DNA from: a virus | Lineage: Duplodnaviria > Caudoviricetes | IMG/VR virus record: IMGVR_UViG_3300032291_003809 | Coordinates: 1 to 53,298 of that record | Length of the DNA stretch: 53,298 nucleotides | Strand: one strand, 5' to 3' | Part shown: positions 1 to 8,490 of the stretch, in pieces | Position numbering within the stretch: position 1 is the first letter of the stretch | Layout of the letters: the number at the start of each line of letters is the position of its first letter | Notes under the pieces: generated by a model | The model's input: the letters and a program-made list of their open reading frames with translations, nothing else | What the model was told of the DNA's origin: nothing | Databases searched by the model: none | Program-made: the position numbers and the translations under genes

Positions 1-264
1 AAGCTGAAATTATTTCCTTTTGGCTCTTCCACAGCAGATTCGCCATCTTACCCTTCAGGTCATTGTATACAAGCAGCATTAATATGTTATGTTTTGGGTA
101 ACCATTTTCCTGAAAAATTTGACTATTTTCAGAATCTTGCAAAAGATATAGAATATAGTAGAATATTTTTAGGAGTACATTATCCCTCAGACAATGATTT
201 TTCTTTATATATAGTTGATACCATAATAAAAGACAAGGAATTTAAGGCGAAATATGGTTTATAA
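1..264 (+). CDS. PAP2-superfamily phosphatase / vanadium haloperoxidase-like protein, 5'-truncated
   Basis: Not in ORF track. Frame +1 reads ...SPSYPSGHCIQ...SRIFLGVHYPSDND...KYGL*; PSGH and SRxxxGxHxxxD are the PAP2 C2/C3 motifs; stop overlaps next ATG (TAATG). Confidence 0.85.
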   Translation, partial: KLKLFPFGSSTADSPSYPSGHCIQAALICYVLGNHFPEKFDYFQNLAKDIEYSRIFLGVHYPSDNDFSLYIVDTIIKDKEFKAKYGL

Positions 265-671
265 TGGAATTATCAGCTTCTTCCAACGCAAATCAAAGAC
301 AAACCTATAAAGGTTGGGTAACAATAGACAACAAAAGATATTATTATAAAAGTCTTTGGGAGTATAGGTATGCTATGTATTTAGACCTTATGAAAAGACA
401 CAATCATATAATTGATTGGTTTTATGAGCCCCATACATTTTATTTTGAAGGAATTAAAAGAGGTACAACTAACTATAAGCCCGATTTTAAAGTAATTTTC
501 CCAAGTGGAAATGAAGAGTGGATTGAGGTTAAAGGTTACATGGATGCTAAGTCTGCAACCAAAATAAAAAGGATGGCTAAATACTTCCCAAAAATTAAAT
601 TAAGGGTGATTGGAAGCGATTGGTTCAAGTCTAATGCCTTAATGTTAAAAAAAGTTATAAAAAATTGGTAG
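264..671 (+). CDS. PD-(D/E)xK endonuclease (DUF1064 / T7 endonuclease I-like), possible resolvase
   Basis: YKSLWE...YEP.F...YKPDF...IEVKG motif set. Confidence 0.75.
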   Translation: MELSASSNANQRQTYKGWVTIDNKRYYYKSLWEYRYAMYLDLMKRHNHIIDWFYEPHTFYFEGIKRGTTNYKPDFKVIFPSGNEEWIEVKGYMDAKSATKIKRMAKYFPKIKLRVIGSDWFKSNALMLKKVIKNW

Positions 672-689
672 AAAAACTATAATTATACA

Positions 690-701
690 TATATTTACAA
701 T
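690..701 (+). promoter_or_regulatory. Candidate promoter box TATATTTACAAT
   Basis: Identical 12-mer at 33483-33494; both intergenic and about 15 nt before an ATG; resembles Bacteroidota -7 box TAnnTTTG. Confidence 0.4.
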
Positions 702-716
702 GTGTAAAATTATACA

Positions 717-1148
717 ATGAACCAACAAAATGAAATTATATTACTTGAAGAGTTGATTTCTATAGTCAAAAACAAAGGATATACTAAAACTATCAATATT
801 CTTAAAAAGAATAACACATCTTTTTTTGAGCTAGATAATCCCTACGATAAATTTGTTGTTAATCTAATTGCTGATACTTTTGAAATAAACTCAAATGATT
901 TATTACAAAGCAGGTACAGCAGAGGCAATATGAAATATGCTATAGGCTTCTGTGTATATTATTTATATCAAGAGAAGACCCTCGGCTACATAGGTAAAAA
1001 TATATTTAAGGATAAGAATTTAACTTTGTTATCAAGATATAGACAAATGATATTTGAGTTAACTAAAAAGGATTTACCTTATTACGAAATAAAAGAAGAT
1101 TTAGATAAAAAAATAGAAAATTTTAAACTTAAAAATAAAGTTAAATGA
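717..1148 (+). CDS. Protein with DnaA domain IV-like helix-turn-helix
   Basis: IADTFEINSNDLLQSRYSR...YAIGFCVYYL...TLGYIGKNIF resembles Bac_DnaA_C pattern. Confidence 0.5.
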   Translation: MNQQNEIILLEELISIVKNKGYTKTINILKKNNTSFFELDNPYDKFVVNLIADTFEINSNDLLQSRYSRGNMKYAIGFCVYYLYQEKTLGYIGKNIFKDKNLTLLSRYRQMIFELTKKDLPYYEIKEDLDKKIENFKLKNKVK

Positions 1149-2299
1149 GTACTGAGCAAAACATAACCAATGAAGAAGTAAAACCAACCCCTTCTCCTTC
1201 CAATTATAATCCATTCTTGCAGTCAGTTAATGAAAAGCCATATTCTCAAATGAATGTTGGTGTTACTCAAGAACAAATGAGTGGTGCTATTCCTGAACCA
1301 ACCTTTTCTCCGCATACTATAGATTCAAATGAGAATCCATATAATATGTTGAATGGAGATGGCATACCTAGTGGAGGTGGAAATCAAAAAAGAGAGTCAG
1401 CACCTTTTAATCCAATGATGAATGATGTTCCTGATGGAGATAAGAAAATGGGAGCACAGCACATGGCTAAATTGTTGGTTGATGGTTATGAGCAATTACA
1501 TGTTTTTGGTAATAAAGCTTTACAAGTTCCTGAAAGAAAAATTAGAAAATTAGAGAAAGAAGGTCTAATAGATTTATCTATTCCTATTCCTTATGAATAT
1601 GGAAAGACTATTACTGCAGGAGAGTTTTTACAAGATTTTAACGAGCAAAATAAAGATGCTTTAACGGTATCAAAAGAATTTAAAAAAGAAGTTACTCCTG
1701 TATTAACTAGAGTATTAGAGAAAAGAGGTGCAGGTTTGACAGATGAACAATATTTAGGTTATTTAGTTGGGAAGGATTTAGTCGTTAAGTTAGTTATTGT
1801 TGCACAATTGCGTACAACTATGAATGATATGATTAATGTTATCAAAGATTATACTGAAGCTACGAGAGCAGGTGGCGGAGTCCCTCCTCAGCCTCAAGCC
1901 CCTAATCCTCAGCCTCAAGCTCCAACTCCAACAGCTCCTCAGTCAATGTATCAAGAGCCTGACCATTCAGCACCTGATTTTAACTTTCAAGATAATGAGG
2001 TTGTAATGAATAGTACAGTTCAGCAAATGAAAGTTCCTAATACAGGAAAAGCAAGAGTTATTGCACAAATAGAAAAAGAGAAAAAATGGAAGAGAGATGC
2101 GGAATCTGCAGGTGGAGCTTCTTCATACGAACAAGCTATGAGAGACAGAAAGAATAGTGGAAAAAGAGGAAGAAAAAAAGCTAAAGATTATATTCAAGAA
2201 GTTCAAATGGATGAAGAGCAAATAGCTGAAGCTATTATTTTGAATGAAACTTTGAATCAGCCAAAGAAAGAAAAAGACCCTTACGCTGATTTAGATTAA
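1145..2299 (+). CDS. Hypothetical protein, Pro/Gln-rich linkers and central hydrophobic helix, upstream of packaging ATPase
   Basis: 384-aa ORF overlapping upstream stop; PQPQAP repeats. Confidence 0.8.
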   Translation: MSTEQNITNEEVKPTPSPSNYNPFLQSVNEKPYSQMNVGVTQEQMSGAIPEPTFSPHTIDSNENPYNMLNGDGIPSGGGNQKRESAPFNPMMNDVPDGDKKMGAQHMAKLLVDGYEQLHVFGNKALQVPERKIRKLEKEGLIDLSIPIPYEYGKTITAGEFLQDFNEQNKDALTVSKEFKKEVTPVLTRVLEKRGAGLTDEQYLGYLVGKDLVVKLVIVAQLRTTMNDMINVIKDYTEATRAGGGVPPQPQAPNPQPQAPTPTAPQSMYQEPDHSAPDFNFQDNEVVMNSTVQQMKVPNTGKARVIAQIEKEKKWKRDAESAGGASSYEQAMRDRKNSGKRGRKKAKDYIQEVQMDEEQIAEAIILNETLNQPKKEKDPYADLD

Positions 2300-2300
2300 T

Positions 2301-2585
2301 ATGAAAGTAAAAAGTCCATATTGGATTGAATTTAAAAAAACAATAATCTCTTTCATAAAAATATTTGAAAAGGAGACAACTAAATTTGAGTTTCCTATTT
2401 ATGAAGAAGAGGACTTTACTATGCTCGTAGAAGAGTGTGAGGTATTTCCTGTGTTTACTAAAAAAGAAGATTTTTTAAAAGTTGAATATGACTTTAGCTT
2501 TTGTGATACAGTTATAAGAACTTTAAGTTTTTCTAAATATTTAGATGCTGTTAGAATTGAAATTACTTTAAAAGAAAAACATTAA
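2301..2585 (+). CDS. Hypothetical protein
   Basis: 94-aa ORF tiling operon. Confidence 0.7.
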   Translation: MKVKSPYWIEFKKTIISFIKIFEKETTKFEFPIYEEEDFTMLVEECEVFPVFTKKEDFLKVEYDFSFCDTVIRTLSFSKYLDAVRIEITLKEKH

Positions 2586-2590
2586 ATATT

Positions 2591-3412
2591 ATGGGAAGAG
2601 AACCAATGCTCATGGCAGCCTGTGGAAAGAAAGGTGTAGGTAAAAGCTATCAGCACATGATTCTTATGCAACAGTATGTTCAAGGAGATTATTATAATGG
2701 TGTTAAAGGTAGGAAATGTCTCATCATGGATGTTAACGATGAATATGGACATGGAACCTATTATGTACAAGCAATATCTTTAAAAGATGTTCCTTTATTT
2801 TCAGTTCATCCAAATATTGAAATTAGAAGGATAAGACCATTTCATCCTAATGGGACTAGAATGACCCTTGATGAATGGGCTCAAGCACTATTTTATGTTT
2901 TAAATAGATTTAGAAACGGTTTATTACTTATTGAGGATGTAAATAAATTTATTGGAGACCATTTACCAAATGACTTAGTAGGTTCAATTGCAACTAATAG
3001 ACATATAGGTTTAGATATAATTCTTTCTTATCAGTCTTTAGGTAGAATTAATACTAAAATATGGGGTAATTTAAACCAATTAAGATTTCATAAGAATAAT
3101 GAGAGTGTTGAAAGACATGCTTTAAAGTTCCCCGACAAAGCTGAATTTATGCGTATTGCAGAGATTATGGTTAATAATGAATATGCTAGAGGGAACGCAA
3201 GATTCTTTGTTTATGTTGATATGGATGAATCTAAAATTAGAGGTAATATTAGTGATGACTTGAGAGAAGAAGCTCTAAATCAGTATATAAACGAGAATTA
3301 CAATGCTTTATTAAAACCATTTTTAGTTCAAAGAGAAGGTAATAAAAAGAAACACACTTCAGATAGTGCTATTAAAGAAATAAAACAGAGGCTAATTTCA
3401 GCCTATTTTTAG
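2591..3412 (+). CDS. A32/FtsK-HerA-family P-loop ATPase, putative genome-packaging ATPase
   Basis: N-terminal Walker A GKKGVGKS, Walker B LLLIED, arginine-finger/sensor RHIGLDIILSYQ; size 273 aa matches PRD1 P9/A32-type enzymes. Confidence 0.8.
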   Translation: MGREPMLMAACGKKGVGKSYQHMILMQQYVQGDYYNGVKGRKCLIMDVNDEYGHGTYYVQAISLKDVPLFSVHPNIEIRRIRPFHPNGTRMTLDEWAQALFYVLNRFRNGLLLIEDVNKFIGDHLPNDLVGSIATNRHIGLDIILSYQSLGRINTKIWGNLNQLRFHKNNESVERHALKFPDKAEFMRIAEIMVNNEYARGNARFFVYVDMDESKIRGNISDDLREEALNQYINENYNALLKPFLVQREGNKKKHTSDSAIKEIKQRLISAYF

Positions 3413-3451
3413 CTTTTTGCCTGTAAATCAGGCTTATACACCCATCTAAAC

Positions 3452-3486
3452 ACCCCTTTTCTACCCCCATAGGAAGGGGTTTTTTA
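3452..3486 (+). terminator. Rho-independent terminator after ATPase operon
   Basis: ACCCCTTTTCTA...TAGGAAGGGGT stem followed by T run. Confidence 0.75.
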
Positions 3487-3578
3487 ATTTTCAGCAAATT
3501 GTATACATATAAAAGTAGCTATACAAAAAAGTTACAAAAAAGTAATTAATTTATTTCTATTAATGCCTAGTAATTAAC

Positions 3579-3586
3579 TAAATTTG
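3579..3586 (+). promoter_or_regulatory. Bacteroidota-type -7 promoter box TAAATTTG upstream of capsid operon
   Basis: Matches TAnnTTTG; same 8-mer at 4597, 18390, 20884 (+) and 53137 (-) upstream of genes. Confidence 0.5.
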
Positions 3587-3650
3587 ATGTGTCAATGCTG
3601 AATCTGTATTCACAATGACATATTCTTTAAAAAAATTAAATACTATTAAG

Positions 3651-3758
3651 ATGAATTTCAAAGCAATCGCAGGACAATTACTTATCGTTGCAGGTGGTGT
3701 TGCTCTTTACATGTTGGCTGTTAAGCCTATGTTAGACAAAGCTAATGTATCTAAGTAA
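3651..3758 (+). CDS. 35-aa single-TM membrane peptide (MNFKAIAGQLLIVAGGVALYMLAVKPMLDKANVSK)
   Basis: Below ORF-track cutoff; A-rich leader; hydrophobic core; TTC/ATC/TAC codons like the neighbouring capsid gene. Confidence 0.75.
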   Translation: MNFKAIAGQLLIVAGGVALYMLAVKPMLDKANVSK

Positions 3759-3815
3759 TCATAGAAGTAAATTGAATTAAAACCCCAATTAATTAAAAAT
3801 TAAAATTCATTCAAA

Positions 3816-4514
3816 ATGAGTAGTATTCAACGCTATTTACAAATGGCAAACCGTCAAGTGAACGAGCAGTTCATTGGCGTAGATGGTTTCGTAGACGATG
3901 ACATGTATTTTGCAGCAGGAGATAATTTCTTCGGTGCAGATGGTACAGAAGCAGCTCCAATGGCAGCTCCTGCAGTTATGCGTTCTCAACCTTACATCTT
4001 AACAGTTTCTAACGCTTCTAACGCTGCAGTTACTATTGATGTATTCGGAGCTTACATTTACTTGAACAACGCAGGTTTTTCAGGTGGTAGCTTAACAGTG
4101 AGCAATGTTACAATCACTTCAGGATTGTCTAATGTTACTTACTACAACTTATTGAACCAATCTTCTGTATCTCCATTCACAATTGGAAGTACTTTGATTT
4201 CTTCAGTAAACGGTACAACTAGCCAAGTGTTACAACCTTTAACACTTAGCACTTTAGATGCAAACGGTAACCAAGCAACTAAAATCTTAACTCCTGTTAT
4301 TGACCCGTATCAACAACAAAGTGGTGTTATTGAATTGAAACAACCATTCCGTATTGACGGTTTCACTAAGTTGACTTTCAGCATTTATGCTTCAACTTCT
4401 GTTCAATTCCAATTCTACCCTTCTGATACAATCAACATCGCAAGAGGTTTAGGTGGAAACCCTGTATCTAAGCAATATGGTAGTCCAAAGATTATCAGAC
4501 CTGCTTCTCGTTAA
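3816..4514 (+). CDS. Putative major capsid protein (beta-rich, possibly single jelly-roll) with acidic N-terminal leader
   Basis: Downstream of packaging ATPase; own terminator-bounded unit; C-ending codon bias (AAC, TTC, TAC, ATC); alternating beta-strand pattern; paralog at 36712. Confidence 0.6.
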   Translation: MSSIQRYLQMANRQVNEQFIGVDGFVDDDMYFAAGDNFFGADGTEAAPMAAPAVMRSQPYILTVSNASNAAVTIDVFGAYIYLNNAGFSGGSLTVSNVTITSGLSNVTYYNLLNQSSVSPFTIGSTLISSVNGTTSQVLQPLTLSTLDANGNQATKILTPVIDPYQQQSGVIELKQPFRIDGFTKLTFSIYASTSVQFQFYPSDTINIARGLGGNPVSKQYGSPKIIRPASR

Positions 4515-4540
4515 TCCGAGTAGATTAGGAAAAATATAAG

Positions 4541-4583
4541 AAAGGGGCGTGAGTGTGATTATATCTTACTCCGCCCTTTTTTT
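4541..4583 (+). terminator. Rho-independent terminator after capsid candidate
   Basis: GGGCGTGAGT...ACTCCGCCC stem followed by 7 T; A run on 5' side. Confidence 0.85.
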
Positions 4584-4608
4584 AATTAAAATTTAGTAAA
4601 TTTGTTTT

Positions 4609-5022
4609 ATGTCATTACCGAGAGTAAATATATTCAACTATACAGCAGCAGCTAATCCTTACTTTGTTAAGAGTTTAGCTCATAAGTATGGTTATGAATT
4701 TGATAAGGACCAACAATTAGATACTGTGTTGCAACAACTAGTAACTTATGAAGGGGAGCCTGTCATGATGGAAATAATTGAAAATAATCCTGATAAGGAA
4801 TTATTTATGGATTATTTTGAAAAAAAATATGGCAAAAAAGAAGATACCAAAAATGTAAATGAATTAAGTAATAACAAATTATTTGAATCATATATGAATT
4901 TTTCAGGTCAATTACAAACTGCACAATTAACTGCTGAAAATAAAAGTTTAACTACTCAAACAAGCGTTATGGTTCTTTTAGGTGCGGTTTTAATTTCATT
5001 CGCAATAATGTTTAAAAAATAA
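4609..5022 (+). CDS. Putative virion membrane protein, C-terminal TM anchor
   Basis: VMVLLGAVLISFAIMFKK tail; YMNFSG motif. Confidence 0.75.
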   Translation: MSLPRVNIFNYTAAANPYFVKSLAHKYGYEFDKDQQLDTVLQQLVTYEGEPVMMEIIENNPDKELFMDYFEKKYGKKEDTKNVNELSNNKLFESYMNFSGQLQTAQLTAENKSLTTQTSVMVLLGAVLISFAIMFKK

Positions 5023-5026
5023 AAAT

Positions 5027-5704
5027 ATGGCAGCCTTAAACGCATTAGAAACAGCTAGAGAATTAATATCTTATGCAGTAGTAACTAACAAAGATGGTTT
5101 AGTAAAATTATTAGATAGAAATGGCATACAAATGCCAAATAATCCATCTGATAATGAAGTAACTGTTGCAATATTAATGGCAAATTCAAAAAGCGGTGTT
5201 TTTAGAAATGAACTGCAAAAGTATTTATCATCTTTATTACCTGAAGTAGCAGAATATGCTGATTTTTTAGGTAATGGTTATGTAGACTTTACAGGAACTG
5301 ATGATTTTTCTTTCACAGCAGGTGGTGGTAGCTTAATACCTAAGTCGTATGTTCCTACAACTAATGTTCCATCTACAGCACAACCTGTAGGAACAAAAGC
5401 TCCTACAAAAGTAGGAAATGCTTTAAGAAGTGTTGGACAATTTTTGAAAAACAATGTCTTTACTCCTGAAAATATTAATGCAGGTGTTCAAATTGGATTA
5501 ACCTCAATGGCTAATAAAACGCAAACAAAGCAAAATCAAGTAAATGCAGAAGCGTTACAATTGCAAAACTATCAAGATACTTTGAGACAACAGTTACCAA
5601 ATGCAGCTAAAAAATCTAATACTATGTTATATGTATGGATTGGAGTAGGTGTATTAGCTGTTGGTGTGTTAGGATTTGTTTTATACAAGCAATACAAAAA
5701 ATAA
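5027..5704 (+). CDS. Putative virion membrane protein, C-terminal TM anchor
   Basis: MLYVWIGVGVLAVGVLGFVLYKQYKK; YADFLG/YVDFTG/FSFTAG motifs. Confidence 0.8.
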   Translation: MAALNALETARELISYAVVTNKDGLVKLLDRNGIQMPNNPSDNEVTVAILMANSKSGVFRNELQKYLSSLLPEVAEYADFLGNGYVDFTGTDDFSFTAGGGSLIPKSYVPTTNVPSTAQPVGTKAPTKVGNALRSVGQFLKNNVFTPENINAGVQIGLTSMANKTQTKQNQVNAEALQLQNYQDTLRQQLPNAAKKSNTMLYVWIGVGVLAVGVLGFVLYKQYKK

Positions 5705-5895
5705 TGATTAGTAATAAAAAAATATTATTAATCGGAAGTGCTCTAGTATTAGCATATATTCTATTAAAGAATAAAAAAAATACTAAAAAAAATGTAAGTT
5801 CTAAAGAAGAAGTAGTTCCTTTTGACCCAATAAATGTGCAAAAAATGCCATGGGTTGCAGTACCTAATTCTCTATCTCAAATAAATAACAATTAA
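5704..5895 (+). CDS. Small N-terminal TM protein
   Basis: Start reassigned to ATG 5704 (TAATG overlap); KKILLIGSALVLAYILLKNKK. Confidence 0.7.
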   Translation: MISNKKILLIGSALVLAYILLKNKKNTKKNVSSKEEVVPFDPINVQKMPWVAVPNSLSQINNN

Positions 5896-5906
5896 AAACT
5901 AAAATT

Positions 5907-6149
5907 ATGTTAAAAGGTAAAAATTTATGGATTTTATTAGGTGTAGGTGCTGTAGCATACTACTATTGGATGCAAAAGAAAAAGAAAGATACTACTTCTG
6001 CTCCTTCTGTTGCTTTCACAGGGGATTTAGGTGTACCTGAGTATCAAAATGCAGGTGGAAGATATGTAAAAACTCGTATTCCTTATGGTAGCCAATTTAA
6101 TAGAGCCGTTGATAAATTTAGTGGTCAAGAATATTACATACCTCGTTAG
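5907..6149 (+). CDS. Small N-terminal TM protein, paralog of 6184
   Basis: MLKGKNL...LGVGAVAYYYW...AFTGDL...YQNAGG. Confidence 0.8.
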   Translation: MLKGKNLWILLGVGAVAYYYWMQKKKKDTTSAPSVAFTGDLGVPEYQNAGGRYVKTRIPYGSQFNRAVDKFSGQEYYIPR

Positions 6150-6183
6150 TAAGAAAATTATTAAAATTTAAAAAAATACAAAT

Positions 6184-6438
6184 ATGTTAAAAGGTAAAAA
6201 TTTGTACTATGTATTAGGCATAGGTGCTGTAGCATACTACTTTTGGTGGATGAACAAAAAGAAAAAAGATGCTGCTTCTGCTGCTCCTTCTACTGCTAAT
6301 GCTGCATTTACAGGAGATTTAGATGTTACTCAGTATCAAAATGCTAATGGAGATACAACAAGAAAAAGAGTAGATACCATAAGTGGGTCTTCTCCTTTTA
6401 AACATGTTGTTTTAAAAGGTAACAAGCCAAAACAATAA
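6184..6438 (+). CDS. Small N-terminal TM protein, paralog of 5907
   Basis: MLKGKNL...LGIGAVAYYFW...AFTGDL...YQNANG. Confidence 0.8.
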   Translation: MLKGKNLYYVLGIGAVAYYFWWMNKKKKDAASAAPSTANAAFTGDLDVTQYQNANGDTTRKRVDTISGSSPFKHVVLKGNKPKQ

Positions 6439-6443
6439 TTAGT

Positions 6444-6830
6444 ATGACTAATACCAAAAAAATATTATTATACGCAGGGGCGGTTGTTTTAGGGTATCAT
6501 TTATGGAAATACTACAGTAAGCCTAAAAGCGTATTAGTAAAAGGTTCAGATGCTGATACTCCTGAAAAGGTAGAATATAGCACAGGAAAAGAAGGTATGT
6601 TAGGTTCAGATGGTACTTTAGATACAATGATTAATTTAAAGAAGCCTATCTACATTAGACCTCAAAATTCAATCCCTAATGTTTATGACAGAGGAATTGG
6701 ACAATATGTAAATTGTGGTGGTTATATGAACGCAACAGGTTTTGCAGATGATTTACAATATTCTTGTAATGCTAATGTTGTAAAAAACAAACAGACTTCA
6801 GCTTTAACAGATTTGCCTAAATTACCATAA
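6444..6830 (+). CDS. N-terminal TM protein
   Basis: KKILLYAGAVVLGYHLWKYY; YVNCGG/YMNATG motifs. Confidence 0.75.
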   Translation: MTNTKKILLYAGAVVLGYHLWKYYSKPKSVLVKGSDADTPEKVEYSTGKEGMLGSDGTLDTMINLKKPIYIRPQNSIPNVYDRGIGQYVNCGGYMNATGFADDLQYSCNANVVKNKQTSALTDLPKLP

Positions 6831-6831
6831 C

Positions 6832-6972
6832 ATGAATAAAACAGTAAAATATCTTTTGATTTATGCTGCAGTAGCAGGTGGGGCTTATTTATTATATAAG
6901 CAATATCAAGTGATGCAAAATAAATTAGATGGAGATGCCGCTTTAAAAAAGTGGAACGCACAACATAATTAA
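6832..6972 (+). CDS. 46-aa N-terminal TM protein (MNKTVKYLLIYAAVAGGAYLLYKQY...)
   Basis: Not in ORF track; fills gap exactly, same TM style as neighbours. Confidence 0.75.
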   Translation: MNKTVKYLLIYAAVAGGAYLLYKQYQVMQNKLDGDAALKKWNAQHN

Positions 6973-6982
6973 AATAAAAACA

Positions 6983-7219
6983 ATGGCAGAAGCAAAAGAA
7001 ATATTAGATAAGGTAAAACAATTAAAATCTAATTCTGATAGTATGGCATTAAAGAAAATGAAAGGTACTGTTTCAGGAGCCATGATTGGAATGGGTGGTG
7101 GATTATTGATTGGATTTACAAGAGGCTATAGTCTAGTCTCTTCTGCATTTGTAGGAGCTTTGATTGGTGGGGTTATTTCACAGATTCTTTTACCAAAATT
7201 AGATGATAGCAATGAATAA
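6983..7219 (+). CDS. Glycine-zipper two-TM membrane protein
   Basis: GAMIGMGGGLLIG...AFVGALIGGVI. Confidence 0.75.
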   Translation: MAEAKEILDKVKQLKSNSDSMALKKMKGTVSGAMIGMGGGLLIGFTRGYSLVSSAFVGALIGGVISQILLPKLDDSNE

Positions 7220-7883
7220 GAAATATATGAAATTAGCAGCTTTGGCTGCTATTGCTATTGGTGGTTATTTAGTTGTAAGAAACATTTTAGGTAAATCTAA
7301 GGGTTCTAATATTGAGTCCCCAATTCCTGATGCACCTAGCAAACTTAGTGCTCAAGACTTCCCAATTCAAAAAGGTAGTAAAGGGGAAAAGGTAAGAGAA
7401 TTACAATCAATTTTAATTGGAATTAATCCAAGTGCACTTCCTAAATATGGGGTTGATGGAGATTTTGGCTCAGAAACAGAATCTGCTCTTTTTAAATATT
7501 TGAATAAAAAGTCAGTAGACGGCCAAGATGATATGACTACTTTAAGAGGCTTAAAAGATGCAGCTCAAGCTACAGCTTTGCAAAATTCAGTTAATGATAA
7601 TAGAAATGTAGCAGCCAATCAAATTATTTCAAGTTGGAGGGCTAATAGAGGATTAAGTGTTTATGCCAAAGAAGTAGTGCAATATGCAGTTGGAAATTTA
7701 AGCTTTTCGGGGCAAGAAACAAATCTTGCTACTAAAAACGCAGGGACAGGAGCTTTAATTGTTAATGGGTTTGAAGTTAAAGATATGAGTGTATTGCCAA
7801 GTGGGTTTTTAAAAATTATTATTACAGGAGGATTAACGGGCAATTTTATAAAAATTAGTCCTTTTGCTGTAGTATTAAAATAG
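7203..7883 (+). CDS. Membrane-anchored peptidoglycan-binding (PG_binding_1) protein
   Basis: N-terminal TM; FPIQKGSKGEKVRELQ...GVDGDFGSETESAL. Confidence 0.85.
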   Translation: MIAMNKKYMKLAALAAIAIGGYLVVRNILGKSKGSNIESPIPDAPSKLSAQDFPIQKGSKGEKVRELQSILIGINPSALPKYGVDGDFGSETESALFKYLNKKSVDGQDDMTTLRGLKDAAQATALQNSVNDNRNVAANQIISSWRANRGLSVYAKEVVQYAVGNLSFSGQETNLATKNAGTGALIVNGFEVKDMSVLPSGFLKIIITGGLTGNFIKISPFAVVLK

Positions 7884-7911
7884 TAATTTTAAACAAAAAA
7901 TAACCATAAAA

Positions 7912-8202
7912 ATGGAAGAAGTAAATGTTGAAAAAAAGCTTACTGCCAACCAACTTTTTAAACAATATAAAGATGAAGGCGGCACATTAGCTTTTTCAGA
8001 TTGGCTAAGTAGAGAGAAAACTAAAGGAGTTTTCCCAATTAATAGTAACTTAAACAAAGAAATAGGCGAAAAATTGTTTATATTAAAAAAAGAAGAAATG
8101 GATAAAAAAGTATTAGGATTTCCCGTTAGTACACTTCTTATTGCAGGTGGTGTAATAGTAGTGGCAATAGTTGCTGTTAATCTGTTAAAAAAGAAAGCGT
8201 AA
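7912..8202 (+). CDS. Small C-terminal TM protein
   Basis: LLIAGGVIVVAIVAVNLLKKKA; AACCATAAAA directly before ATG. Confidence 0.75.
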   Translation: MEEVNVEKKLTANQLFKQYKDEGGTLAFSDWLSREKTKGVFPINSNLNKEIGEKLFILKKEEMDKKVLGFPVSTLLIAGGVIVVAIVAVNLLKKKA

Positions 8203-8489
8203 TGAAAAAAGATAATTTTATTTGGTGGGTACTAGGTGGTGTTGGGGCTGTTGCTATTTGGTATTATTATAAAAATAATAATAATAAAAAAAGTGTAACT
8301 ACTCAAGACTTAGTTGTAGATGTTCTTCAAGAAGAGCAAGACAAATATAGTACGCCTTTCCAAGCTGAATACAAGATTGTAATGCCATCAGATATGGTAA
8401 GTGCTAAAGTGAGAGCAAAAGCGGAAGCGTTAAGAGCAGGAAGATTTGCAATCCAACCTGAAAAGGTACAAGCACCGTTATACATCTAG
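8202..8489 (+). CDS. Small N-terminal TM protein
   Basis: FIWWVLGGVGAVAIWYYYK. Confidence 0.75.
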   Translation: MKKDNFIWWVLGGVGAVAIWYYYKNNNNKKSVTTQDLVVDVLQEEQDKYSTPFQAEYKIVMPSDMVSAKVRAKAEALRAGRFAIQPEKVQAPLYI

Positions 8490-8490
8490 T

